This document shows positions 38,964-53,831 of a stretch of DNA of 64,000 nucleotides, piece by piece. The notes beneath the pieces were generated by a model that saw only the letters and a list, made by a program, of their open reading frames with translations, did no database searches and was not told where the DNA came from. Source of the DNA: the human T2T-CHM13v2.0 reference genome, Homo sapiens; NCBI RefSeq assembly GCF_009914755.1, contig NC_060931.1. The stretch is one strand, 5' to 3'. Numbering within the stretch: position 1 is the first letter of the stretch; every line of letters starts with the position of its first letter. Position numbers and translations under genes: made by a program.

Positions 38964-41558
38964 TTACTAGGTTTGGATTGGGGTTCAGGAATATGCATCT
39001 AGCAACCTCCCTTGGCAATTGTTCTCATTAGGCAAGTGTGAGCAGCACTGCTATAGGACACGGGTGTTTCAGGACCTCAGGAAGTCTCTGTGATCACATT
39101 CTAAAAGAGAAACTATGAAAAACAACCTTTACATTTGTGAGGAGCACAACTGCAGGGAAACACTTTTTAAAAGGTGTAACAACAACAACATATAATGTCA
39201 ACAAAAACAAAACCTAGCAGCCAAAAATATTTCACCTCAACTTTGCTCATTACTCATTTGGTTTTTCAGGTTTTGTTTTTTCCCATGCATGAGTCTTACT
39301 GTGGAATCACAATAGCATTCATGCAAAGGAAATAGTTTCATGCCAATGAATATGTCTTGTGAGCCCCTGGGAATTAAGGCCCAAAGGCACAGAGAACTTA
39401 CAATAAACTAGGTCCATTCATAAAGCAGAATCGTTCAGTCTGTTGTGCTTATAAAGCCCCAGCATAGAATTGATTGCCTCTTATTTGTTTCCTGTCTCTG
39501 AATTAAATTTTAATCTCCTTTCTAGAGGGAGATAAATTGTATAATGTATGTCAGGACTTAGGACAGTGTTTTAATCAGTGTGTACTCCTCAAAAAAAATA
39601 AAGATAAAAATCAAGGCTGCAAGTAAATTTTATTTTGTCCTTAAAAATAAATACAAAATGTTGAGCAAAGGCAAGTATCCAGAATTGGATTCCATGTTGC
39701 TATTTTTGAGGTTGGGGTGAGGGGTAGATAAAACTACATTCTCTTAAGCAACTAATATGTGTATATCTCTTATACACATATTAGTTTCTCATAATATATC
39801 AAGAAACAAGATAATCAAGAAACAAGATTGTTTCTTGATTATATTCTCTTTGTATTTTATTCCAAATAACACCCCATGTGTTACCACAAAAGTACAGGTC
39901 CCTCAACAATGACTGATTGTGCACAATGAAAGAAGAAAAACTTGAGATACACTGTTAAAATATATTTTTAGTTATTCAAGGGGATAGGGAAATGTAAGAA
40001 ACCTATTTATGATGAGGCAAACTTTGCAGACCTTGGTTGAAATAAACTTTTCAAATATCTCAAAGTTTTAGTCGGATAAAAATCTTTAAGCTCTACAGAA
40101 GTGGTAAAAGACAGTGCAGAGATTGATTGCTTTGTTTTTAATTCTTCTGCTGAGATTTCAGTTCTTCTGTTTCTTCTCACTGCATGCTCCTAGGGCATGA
40201 GTCCAGGACTGGAAAAGAACACAGGGTTACTACTTTCTCCCTAGGCTCATTCTCATTTAGAATGTACATTTAAAAAATAATTCTGTCATTGCCTTTCCTA
40301 GGGAAAACAGGAACTAAGCAAGAAAGCTTTAAAGGAGTAAGCACAACATGAAAGAATCTGTACCAACATCAATCTGAGGCATGTGGCTGTCCCACTGTCA
40401 CAATATATAGAGGGAATACTAACAGGCTGCAAATGGGACAGGATAATACTTTCAAAGATATTCCAGTTGCTTCAACTTTGCTAATTTGTGAATTCTCAGA
40501 AAAAATATTTCAAAGCATACTATAAATAAGATTTTCTACATGCGATTCTCAAGGTCCAATCGGTCCATTCATTTGCTTCTAGTGACAAAGGTCCTGCATA
40601 TTGTGTGGTCTCTTCTTATGATCCCTACACCCATATTATTCCTCCAGAATTCTCAGATCCGATGTATTTCTCTGCCAGAACATGCTTAAACTTGTTTTTT
40701 GCCTACTGGGCACTGGAAGCTAAAAGTGCTGCTTCACTTTTATTTATCCAGCCACCACCTTGGTGAATGCTAATATATCACTTTTGCACTATATTGGATA
40801 ATGGAGCTGAGCCAAATCCCAAAGTTCTCTTGGAAACATACAGGTAATCTCATGCTAGAAGAAGAGGACTTCTCATACATGTTGATATTTTCATAGCACC
40901 CTTAAACTTCAAGGGGATTGATCACGGAACAGCGAGAAGTAGGAATTTTAACATTAACACCTGACCTTCCGTCACTACTATTTCCTTCTTCTTCATATAC
41001 CACACAAGGGGCAGAAGGATTTCTCCCTTTCTCATTGGCAGAGATTTCATTTATGACAAATTCTTAATTGTGTTCATCTAATTTTATAGTAACTTTGATA
41101 GTAAATTTTGTCAGGCCTGTGTCTGATACAAAGAAGTATTAAAAACTATAAAATGTAAATCCGTAATGACTTAATATTCCCAAAATATTATTAACGAGAA
41201 CTGTATATTTGTATTATCTGGGTCTATCTGTCTATATACGATTTGTCCATCTTTTTTTTTCCATTCATCTATTTGTCTATAAATCTGATCTACCTAAATG
41301 TACACATATGAAGTAACAAAACTTAAAAGGATATAATTTAATATATCTGAAAATTAATAAACTACCATAAATTCCATATGGAAAGGAACAATAATGCAAA
41401 TCTATTTATAATTATCCAGTATGGTCATTCAAAAATATTTATTAGTCACCTACTTTGATGGTTAATTTCATGTGTCAAATAGGTTAGGCCATGGAACCCA
41501 GGTATTTGGTCAAATGCTAGTATAACTATTGCTGTGAAAGTATTTTTTAGATGAGATT

Positions 41559-41950
41559 TATCTTAATGCACTCTGTGCTGCTATAAAAGAATGCATGAGG
41601 CTGAGTAATTTACAATGAACAAAAATTTATTTCCCACAGTTCTGGAGGAGGGAAGTACAAGATCAAAAAGCAAGCAACTGACAAGGGGCTTCATGCTACA
41701 TCATCTCATGGATGAAGGCAGAAGGGCAAAAGAGTGAAAGAGAGATAGAAAACAGAATGAAACTCATCCTTTTATAGGGAACCCACTTGCACAATAATGA
41801 ACCCACTCCTGTCATAATGGCATTAATCCATTAATGAGGGCAGAGCCCTCATAGCCTAATCACCTCTCATTAGGCCACACATCCTAACACTGTTGCACTG
41901 GAGATTAAGATTCCAACAAATGCTTTTGAGGGACACATCCAAATCACAAG
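41559..41950 (-). mobile_element. MaLR solo LTR (MSTC/MSTD/MLT1A-like)
   Basis: ggcattaatccattaatgagggcagagccctcatagcctaatcacctct; 5-bp TSD agatt (41554-41558, 41951-41955). Confidence 0.85.
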
Positions 41951-42141
41951 AGATTCATATTTAAATCAGTACACTTTGAATGAAGCCAATTACCTTCCAT
42001 AATGCAGATGGGCCACATCTAAGCAGTTGAAAGCTTTGCAAGAAAAAAGACAAATGTTCCCCAAGAAAGAGCAAATTCTGCCTGCAGATGGCCTTTAGAC
42101 TCAAGCTGCAATTATCAACTCATCCATGGATCTTCCTTAAA

Positions 42142-42500
42142 TCTCTCTATCTCTCTCTCTCTCTATATATATAAATATGTATATACACAGACACACACAC
42201 ACATACATATACACATATAAGTATATGCTTGTATAAATATACACATATGTCATATATGTATTAACGCATATATGGATCATATATGCATTAATACATATAT
42301 ACACATGTGGATTTTACATATATGTGTATATATACATATATGTATCCATCTATAATCCATATATATCCCTATATTCATACATATATATATCATATATAAT
42401 CCATATATGGATTAATGCTATATGTATATGTATATATGTGTGTGTGTATATATACACACACATATGTAATCACATACATGTATACCCCTCCACACACGCA
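42142..42500. repeat. Complex (TC)/(TA)/(CA)/(TG) low-complexity tract containing palindromes
   Basis: Direct reading. Confidence 0.92.
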
Positions 42501-42674
42501 CACCCTATTGGTTCTGTTTCTCTGGAGAACCCTGAGTAATACATATACCATTTGTCTGGCATCCTGTTAGTATGTGGCCTGCACAGATGAACAAGACATT
42601 GTTCTTGTCTTCATGAAGATAATTGTTTGCCTCAGAAGGTTAACTTCAGATAGGTTCTATTCAATATACAGCTT

Positions 42675-43040
42675 TGGATATGATTCGTCTCAGTGTCTCC
42701 ACCCAAATCTCATCTCAAATTGTAATCCCCACATGTTGAGAAAGGGACCTGGTGGTAGGTGACTGGATCATGGGGACGGTTCCCCCATGCTGTTCTCATG
42801 ATAGTGAGTGAGTTATCTTGAGATCTGATGGTTTTAAAAATGGAAGTTTCCCCTGTGCTTTGGCTCTCTCCTGCTGCCATGTAAGACCTGCCTTGCTTCT
42901 CCTTCACCTTCTGCCATGATTCTAAGTTTCCTGATGCCTCCCCAGCCATGCAGAACTGTGAGTCAACTAAACCACTTTCCTTTATAAGTTACCCAGTCTC
43001 AGGTAGTATATTTATAGCAGTGTGAAAATGGACTAATACA
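42675..43040 (+). mobile_element. MaLR solo LTR (MSTA/THE1D-like)
   Basis: ccacccaaatctcatctcaaattgtaatcccc...atagcagtgtgaaaatggactaataca. Confidence 0.9.
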
Positions 43041-43153
43041 CCTTTAATAATTTGCAAACAGTTTACAACTCAAGGTAGGTTTCTGTATGATCTAATCTTA
43101 TCATAGGTTTGCTATGCCATTTTAGGATGGGGTGATTAGAAATAATCAAAGGT

Positions 43154-43457
43154 GACCAGGCATGGTAGTTCATGCCTGTAATCCCAGCATTTTGGAAGGC
43201 TGGGACAGGTGGTTTGCTTGAGCTCAGGAGTTCGAGAACAGCCTGGACAACATGGTGGAAACCCAGCTCTACAACAAAGACAAATAATTAGCTGGGTACG
43301 GTGGCATGCACCTATAGTCCCAGTAACCCAGGAGGCTGAAGTGGGAGGATCTTCAGAGCCCAGGAGGTTGAGGCTACATTGAGCTGTAATAGCACCACTG
43401 CACTCCAGCCTAGACAACAGACTAAAATGCCATCTCAAAAATAGTAATAATAAAATA
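43154..43457 (+). mobile_element. Full-length AluJ
   Basis: gcttgagctcaggagttcg, gagcccaggaggttgaggct; 16-bp TSD agaaataat(c/a)aaaggt (43138-43153, 43458-43473). Confidence 0.95.
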
Positions 43458-43520
43458 AGAAATAATAAAAGGTAATCACTATCTCTTTCTCTGTTACTAC
43501 AAATGTCAACATAGAAGAGC

Positions 43521-46159
43521 CTGAAGTCAGATAAAGTGATACCTCCAGCTTTGTTCTTTAGCTTAAGATTGCTTTGACTATTTGGGCTGTTTTTGGTCCC
43601 ATATAAATTGTAAAAGATAGAATTTTATTGCATCTGTAGATCACTTTGGCCTCTATGGTCATTTTAACTATGTTGACTCTTGTAATGCATTACCATGGGA
43701 TGTTTTCCCATTTATTTGTATCATCTATCTGTGATTTCTTTCATCAGTGTTTTATAGTTCTCCTTGTAGAGCTCATTTACCCCCTTGGATAAATGCATTT
43801 CTAGGTATTTGATTTTGCGGGGGCTTATTGTAATTGAAATTGAGTTCTTAATTTGGCTCTCAGCTTGAAGGTTATTGGTGTACAGAAATGCTAGTGATTT
43901 TTGTACATTGATTTTGTATCCTGAAAATTTACTGAAGTCATTTAACAAGTCTAGGAGTCTTTTGAAGGGATCTTTAGGGTTCTCTAGATTTAAGATCATT
44001 TTGTCAGCAAACAGAGATAATTTGACTTCCACTTTTCCAATTTGCATGCTTTTTATTTCCTTCTCTTGCCTTATTGCTCTGGCTGAGTTCCAGTACTATG
44101 TTCAGTAAGAGTGGTGAGAGTGGACATCTTTGTCTTGTTCCAGTTCTTAGGGGGAATACTTCCAACTCTTCTCCATCCAATATGATGTTGACTGTTGGTT
44201 TGTCATATATGGCTTTTATTATTTTGAGGTGTATTCTTCTATACCTAGTTTGTTGAGCATTTTTATCCTAAAGGGATGTTAGATTTTATAGAATGCTTTT
44301 TCTGCGTTTATTGAAATGACCTATGGTTTTTTATTTTTAATTTTGTTTATATGGTGACTCACATTTATTGATTTGCATATGTTGAACTACCCTCATATCC
44401 TTGGGATAACAATCCCTTGATCATGATGTATTATCTTTTTCTTATATGTTGGATTCAGTTTGCTAGTATTTTGTTACAAATTTTTGCATCTATGTTCATC
44501 TGGGATATTAGCCTACAGTTTTCTTTTTTTTTTATTGTTGTGCCCTTGCCTGATTTTGATATCAGGATGATATTGCTTTCACAGAATGAGTTAGGGAGAA
44601 ATCCCTCCTCTTTGATTTTCTGAAATAGTTTTAGTAAGATTGGTGCCAGCTCTTTTTTGTGTGTTTGGTAAAATTTGACTATGAATCTGTCTGGTTGTAG
44701 GCATTTTTTGTTATTGTTGTTGGGAGACTTCTTATTACTGGCTCTGTAAGGCTATGATAAGCAAAACAGCATGGTACTTGTATAAAAATAGACACATAGA
44801 TGAATAAAACAGAATAGAGAACCCAGAAATAAAACCACATACTTACAACCAACTGATCTTTAACAAAGTCAACGAAAATATAGAATGGGGAAAGAACATT
44901 CTATTCAATGAATGGTGCTGGGAAAATGGGATAGTCATATGCAGAATGAGCTTGACCCCTATCTCTCACCATATACAAAAATTAACTCAGATGGGGTGGA
45001 GACTTAAATGTAAGACCTGAAACTATAAAAATCCTAGAAGAAAACCTAGGAAAAATTATCTGGACATTGGCCTAGGTAAATAATCATGACTAAAATCCCC
45101 AAATCACATGCAACAAAAAACAAAAATAGACAAATGGGACTTAATTAAACTAAAGAGCTTCGACATAGCAAAAGAAATAATCAACAGAGTATATAGACAA
45201 TCCACAGAATGGGAGAAAATATTTGCAAACTATGCCTTCATATTCAGAATCTATAAATAACTCAAAAAACTCCACAAGACAAAAACACCCCATTAAAAGG
45301 TAGGAAAGGACATGAACAGACAATTCTTAAAAGACAGACAAGCAGCCAACAAACATATGAAAAAATGCTCATCCTCACTAATTTTCAGAGAAATGCAAAT
45401 TTTTTTTCAGAGAAATGCAAGTTTAAACCACAATGAGATACTCTCCCACACCAGTCAGAATGGTTATTACTAAAAAGTCAAAAAAACAACAAATATTAGC
45501 AAGGATGCAGAGAAAAGGGAATGCTTATTCACTGTTTGTGGAAATGTAAAGTACAACCTCTATGGAAAGCAGTATGTAAATTTCTTAAAGAAATAAAAAT
45601 GTAACTACCATTCAACTCAGCAATCCTGAGTATCTATCCACAGAAAAAAAATTGTTATATCAAAAAGTCACCTGCACTAATATGTGTATCACAGCACTAT
45701 TCACAATAGCAAAGTCATGTAATTAACCTAAGAGTTCATCAACAGATTATTGGATAGAGAAAATGTGGTATGCATACACTATGGAATACTACACAGTCAT
45801 GAAAAGAATAAATCATGTCTTTCTCAGCTACATGGATGGAGCGGGAGGCCATTATTCCAAGTGAAATAATTCAAGATATAGACAAATATCACATGTTCTC
45901 ACTTACGGGGGGAGCTAAACAGTGGGTACACATGGACATACCAAAGAAAATAATAGACACTAGGGATGCTAAAAGTGGGGAGGGAGGGAGAGAATAAGGG
46001 TTGAAAAATTTCCTATTGGGTACAGTGTTCACTATTCAGGTGATGGGTACACTAGAAGCCCAAACCTGATCATCCTGCAGTATATCCATGTAACATACCT
46101 GCACATGTACTCCCTGAATCTATAAACATTAAAAAATTCTGAAAGTTACCATAAAAGAC
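43521..46159 (+). mobile_element. 5'-truncated L1 (L1PB3/4-like) with 5' inversion
   Basis: Inverted segment ~43521-44742 (RT core [17 protein letters not shown] on minus); sense segment ~44744-46136 to poly(A); TSD aagag(c/t)ctgaag (43515-43526, 46160-46171). Confidence 0.9.
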
Positions 46160-46729
46160 AAGAGTCTGAAGGGTAATTACAACTCAGAGTTTGAGGGTAA
46201 CTTAATATGGTAAAACTACACTTCACTAGAGTCTTACAGTTCCTAAAACAATAAGCCTTATGTTTTTGTATTTAACCCTATAAACAAATGACATAGATGA
46301 TAAAGTGTATATTATTTTAAAAGTCGAGAAAAACAAGCTCAAGAATTTTAAATAACTTACCCAGATGTAAAGAGTAGCATATCTGAAAAGTTTTACTGTT
46401 CCTAGTCTAGTACAATTTTTTCCATTATGTTACTTAAATGAATATGACATATAATTTAATTTCTTAAAATGGGATATAACACGTGGTTAATTGGGACATT
46501 GTAAAACTACCCAAGGTACTTTTTCTATAAATGAGAATCTATAAAAATATTTACATACATGCTTGTTCATTAAAGATTAAAATAATGGGAACCTAAAGCA
46601 TATTATTGCTCCATAGTAAGGAATTAATTGAAGAATTTATTGTGTACTCATACAAGATAATTTTAAGTATACCTTAAGTGATTTATAGGTATGTATATAA
46701 ATATGTAAATATTCATATGAAATCTTACT

Positions 46730-47725
46730 TATATCATTCATTTGTTCAATAATTGTGTACCTACCATGTGTTGAGCATGATACGTTGCTAACAAAACAGA
46801 CAACGACCCCAGGCCTTGTATACATTCTTATAGGAAGTGACAGATGCTAAGTAATAAACATAATAAATAAGCCTATTATATCGATTCTAGAGACGTGAGA
46901 AGAAAAAGAGATGAAGTAGAGCCAGATAAGAAGGATCGGTGGTGCTGAGTGAGAAGAGGAGAGCAGGCTGCTCTATTAAGGGGAATCACCAGAAGGATGC
47001 TTGAGCAAAGACTTGAGATGAATGAAGAGTGAGCCCTCCTGACACGTTAGGGAAGACCACACCGGTGGATGGAGCAATGAGTGCAAAGCCCCAGGGCAGC
47101 TGGGTGTGTGGTATATTCAAAGGACAGCAAATATGCTGGTGTCGGGAGACCAGAGTGGGGAGGGAGAGAGTAGTAAAGGAGGAGTCAGAGAGGAAGAAGG
47201 CATCCATCATACAATGTCCCTTTGGACAGTGTAAGAACTTTGGCTTTTATTCTCAGCAAAATGCTGAGCTGTTTGTAGGTTTTAAACAGAGTAGGAACAG
47301 GATCCATCTTACGTTTTAAGAAAAGTTATCATTCCAGGTGCTATATTAAGAAGATTATTTAAGGAAAAGGGGGAAAAGTAGAGAAACCAGTTAGAAGGCC
47401 ACTGCAGTCATCCAGTAAGAAGCGGGATGGGAGTCAAAGCAGTGAAGGTGATGAGTGGTCACATTCTTCATATATTTTTACTGTAACATCAATAGGATTT
47501 CCTAATGAATTCAGTGTGGGGAGTACATGAAGTAGAGGAGTCCAGGATGATCCAAGCTTTTAGCTTGAGAAAGTAGAATTTTGGCATTTCTGACAACTGA
47601 GATAGAGAAGTCTTTGGATGGAGCAAGATTAGGGGTGTAAGTGGGAGGTCAGGTTGCTCAGTTTGAGAAATGCTGAATTCAAAAGGGCTCTTATCCATTC
47701 AGTAGAATGTCCAGTAGATACTTGG
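46730..47725 (-). mobile_element. L2a 3' portion
   Basis: tcattcatttgttcaataattgtgtacctaccatgtg; gtaagaactttggcttttattctcag; ggagtccaggatga. Confidence 0.85.
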
Positions 47726-49917
47726 AGAAAAGATAATAGAGAGTGATTCTATTTTTATTTTTTCCCACATTGGGAAATTTCTAATAGTCTAAACTGACAT
47801 TCTAAATTTCATCAATAAGTTCTAAAAAAAATCTTAGATTCTAAATAACACCATAAATCATGAAAATTTATAGCAATCAGTGTTTTATAGAAATTAAAAC
47901 AATGTCCATGAATATTGAAAAGTTATTTCACTGAAATATACTAAAAAATATTCTGTGGAGAGTTTGAAAAACACTACTTAGAAATAATGATTGGTAAATT
48001 TTGGTTATATATGGTGTTGAAGGTAAACAACTCATATTATTTCAAACATTGCTTTATAAATTAAGCTAGTTATTTAATATCTCTAAAATTAAGAAATAGC
48101 TTCTTTCGGACTTTATTTGTTCAAAAGGATTATGAAGAGACTTATATTCAATAATAATAAGTAGGCACATCACAAGTAACATTCTGCAAGAGACGCTAAA
48201 GAGTAGACTGCAACAAAAAACCAGGTGACTACATTATACTGCTTTGGCAATTACAACCTCCAAACACTAAAAGGAAAGAAAAAAATATCACGGAACATTT
48301 TTAAAGACAATTTTAACACATTTTAGCCATTCACTAGGTTCTTATATCAGACTGAAAACCAAAAGTTCGCACCTATCTAAGATTGCAGGGCTAAGATTAC
48401 TATTCTGAAAGCTTTTCAACCACTTTAGAAGCCTCTCTAAGGTCAACTCAAGCAAGACATTTACACCTATCAGTGCTTTGGCATCATCAACCTGTCTTTT
48501 AGCTGTATGGCAATAAACATTTAAAATTCCAAATCCTGCACTTTTGGAAGATGTTCTGGAAATGAAAGTGTGATTTAATTTTAAATGCTGTGTCCTCAAG
48601 GAACACTTCTAAACCTTAATAAATATGGGATATAGACATCATCATTCATGGCAGGACACAGTGATCTTATCTACAGGCAATGAGCTGTCTCTATAGAATA
48701 GAAATGCTAGACCTTGGTGAACACACAAGAATCAAAGCTGGTCCTAGCAATGGTGCAGAGGCTAAATATATCTCAGCAAACATGCAAGCTCACGGGCCTT
48801 AAATGACCTGTTAGCCACACAGACATTTATTGCAGATTCTGATTGCACACGGTGTGGCCAGTTAATACCAGCTGCACTGGCCTCAGTAAAGGTACAGGTC
48901 ATTAGCCAGCACAGGCAGCTTCAGGGTACATATGCTTAGTTTGATTTTAATTTTTAACTATGCCTAGTACACCTACTGAAGGGAGAGGAGATCGCCAGCA
49001 TACGCTGGTGGTAGGTCTCAGGCCCTAATAAGCTAGTGCAACAGAAGTAAAGAATCAGAAAAAGCAATGAAAAAATAAATAAATAAATAAAAAGGGCGGG
49101 GCTTTATAGCCCTGTAATACATTAATAGTTAGATCAATGTTTCCTGTTTCAAAAGCATTCATGAGGCCCTAAGCTCACAAATTTTAGGGCACCACCTGGT
49201 CAGCCAGCATGTGCTGCCCAAATTATTACCATGCATCCAGAGCTAAGACGGGAATTGTGGAGAGGCTGACCTTGAATTCAAGAGCTTGTCCACAGACCTG
49301 TGTATCATCCCTACCACTTGGTCTTCTTTTGGCTCTGCATTGGCTAATAACATACGAGAAAGAAAGATTCTTTCCTTAGGAGGCAGGCTATTTTTAAGCC
49401 AAGGCATTTTCATGAGACAATAAAAATAGTTCCTTAGACTCAGAACTGAAAAGGAAGTATGCACGCTCTGTCACTAGATGGGGCCCACACTCAATGCAGT
49501 TTTTGGGGTGTCAAAACATATGACTCAAAAAACAACAGAATGAAGATGCTTTCAGTGAAACAAAGGCACTTAGAATAAAGCTGGCAATTGGTGATGCCTT
49601 CGTTGCAAATTCCTAGTGCCACTCTCATTGGAGAAATTCTGACAGGCTCTATGGATAAACACAGTTGGAAGTCATTTAGAATGAACAATGGAACTTCAGC
49701 CTTGAAGTTGGATTAATGTTTTGACCTTGTTCAGAGGCTTCTGGGAGAGTTGTCCTAGGGGCTAATCCCATTTGTCTATTATTGGTCCCAGGTGGATAAC
49801 CAGATGAGCATTGGTTGATGGGGTGGAGAGACCTCAATAAAGTGACAAATGAGCAGGAGGACTGCTGACCTTCTTCACTAAGGGAGGGAGACCGAAGTCC
49901 CTGATTGACTTTAGGTC

Positions 49918-50065
49918 AGGGGTTGGCAAACTGTTCCTATAAAGGGCTGACCAGAACATACTTTTGGCTTTGCAAGCCAGGTGGTCCTTGTCATAACTAC
50001 TGAACTCTGCCGTCGTGCAATATGAAAGCAGCCACAGACAATATGCAAACAAATGAGTGTGGATC
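49918..50065 (+). mobile_element. MER58A-like hAT-Charlie MITE (partial)
   Basis: aggggttggcaaact...aaagcagccacagacaatatgcaaacaaatgagtgtgg. Confidence 0.85.
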
Positions 50066-50136
50066 TGCCACTGATTTACCAATTGCTGATTACACCATTA
50101 GTTCATATTCTCAATTCGACTGAATTAAGATATTGA

Positions 50137-50529
<393 letters not shown>

Positions 50530-50599
50530 TGATCACCAAGTCCCATCTGCAGACAAGTAAGAAGTCAATGAAGGAGTTTGTTTCAGTCTTCTTCAGGTC

Positions 50600-51080
50600 A
50601 CCCATGTATCTGAGGAACGTGACTCTATTGCTGGTTCTGGGTGGATATGATTAGGCCTTACCTGTAATTCCCTATTCCATTAACAGTGACTGGTTCAGAG
50701 AATTTGGCTTAAGCCAGTGAACATTTGTAACATGTGATGGCAACTGTGACTAGTTAGGGATGGGTACAGTTACCTGAGTTGACTCAAATCTTTTAGGAAG
50801 ATTGGAGTAGATGTTTTCCCCTCTTCCACGGATATAAACAAGAAAGCAGGTTGTCATGTAATTAATGCTGACATCTGTCTTCTGACCAGGGGTGAGCAAA
50901 CCTGAAGACAAAGCTGTCATGCTGATGGCCAGGAGCTGAAAGGGAGAGTGAGACGTTCCCAGAGCTCTGACTTTTGCATGAGAGTATCGACCTTACCTCT
51001 GGATCTCTTGATTTGTGAGAAAATACATTTGTTTATTGCGTGCTATTTCTGTAGCTTGTATTTAATAGTTGAAATGAGAT
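50600..51080 (+). mobile_element. Old MLT1-type LTR (degraded)
   Basis: cagtgactggttcag; ccttacctctggatctcttgatttgtgagaaaatacattt. Confidence 0.5.
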
Positions 51081-51289
51081 GTATAAAAGGAGACAGAAAT
51101 TTTGTAGTTATTTTTATTACACAAGCAAGAAATAATTAACATAGAAAAATATAGATAAACAAAAAGAAGGTATACCCACAATCAAGGAATAACCAAGGTT
51201 AGCATATTACAATGTCATTCTAGCTGTGCTGCTGTGTATATACATGCATACATCTATATGCACTTTCCACTAACCAAGGCTTATATTTA

Positions 51290-52340
<1,051 letters not shown>

Positions 52341-53831
52341 TAATATATTTAATCAGCACTTTCTTTCACTAAACAATTTACTGTATCTTTCCATGTCATA
52401 AATTATAATTTGTATCATTAAATTGGCTGTCTAGTATTATACCATGTGTGTTTTATAATTTATTTCTAACCAGTCTCTTATTAACATTTAATTAACATTA
52501 ACTCCATGCCTTTTATCTTTCTATTATAAACACTGCAATAAATATCAAGAAACTTGAGAAATTTGGGGGAAAGATTCATGCCACAAATGTAAGCTGACTT
52601 TAAAGAATGATAGAAATTATGAAGAAATGGACTATCTCAAAGGTGGAGAAACCCACATATCTAAGTACCTATCTCTGTGGCTCAGCACTATAGGCCACTT
52701 ACAAAACAAGTATTGAGGGCCTGGGATAACCTCAGATCTAAAATTCATAACCACAACTCAATGAGACAGTGATGTGCTCTTTTTTTTTAGATTCCCACAC
52801 AAAGACATGCTAGAATGTTTTGTTCACCACAGCAAGACTTAGAGCAGAAGCTCCAGATTACATATGGAAGTTAATTGTTTGTAGTTAGTCTTCATTGTAA
52901 CCCTGAGGGTGTCCCATCCTCAGATATAAAAATAAAATAAGTAGTCGTGGTCACCCTTTGTGTACAAGATTGCCAACATTCCAGGCAGAGGTACAGAGCT
53001 GTCCATAGAGGATACGTCCCCAGACATCAAGTGAATCTCAATAAGTACATTTAAATAAGTTGAGTGTATAGCATACCTTTCCAATTCAGCTTTCTTCCAG
53101 AGCCATCACTGGGTTCAGGTTGAAGATGGTACTTAGTTACCTCCAGTCCCACAGAGAGGGCCACAACTGGGATTGCAGCAATCATTCTGTAGACCTCCGA
53201 AGAGTGAGGCAGATTCAGTAATCATGCCTAGATTGACTAAAGCATCAACACTTAAAATAAAACCTGCCATGTGACTTAGTTATCAAGTTTCTGATATTTA
53301 TTGCGATGTTCCCTAAGACTTTGGTGGTTGAGTACACTTTTTTTTAAATTAAAGTTCCAGTGAGAGAGACCCAGAAGAGTTCCTCAAACTCCAGTCCCAG
53401 TGGATTTTGAGGGCTCAGCAATTAAGCTTCTCTGATGCTCCAGAGGTGTGAGGAAGAATTATGCTTATGCTTATCTAGAATCCAGAATTGGTAAAGAAGA
53501 AGCTACAGGTGAAGTGTGAAGTAAAGAAGTTGAGCGTCGCGGAGACTTGTGTGGGGAGAGCTCATGGAAGAGGATGGCGCTGTGTTTCCCTAGCCTCATT
53601 TTCATTCATAGACAAACACTACCCAGCAAATATTTTATATCTGAAAAACCTTACAATCACAAGTGATAGGCACAAATAACTTAGTTGGGAATCAAATCTC
53701 AAAGATAAGGGCTTCTCAAATAACTAGGTCTCATTACATATCCTTATGACATAAAATATTTCTTTATAGCTTCTTTTCCTCTATACTTTTTACTAAATCT
53801 GTTTTCTTTATTGAAAAGTAAATATGTTACA

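Larger units (their letters stand above)
41456..42543 (+). mobile_element. MLT2 (ERVL) LTR split by a MaLR LTR, with expanded internal microsatellite
   Basis: tgatggttaatttcatgtgtcaa start; cctattggttctgtttctctggagaaccctgagtaataca end. Confidence 0.88.

Noticed and set aside
40679-40849. Plus-strand exon candidate (ctctgccag|AAC ... ACAG|gtaatc)
   Set aside because: Stops in all three frames, a mediocre donor, and no linked partner exon.
42252-42300. Hairpin as pre-miRNA
   Set aside because: Too short, low complexity, 3-nt loop, inside a microsatellite.
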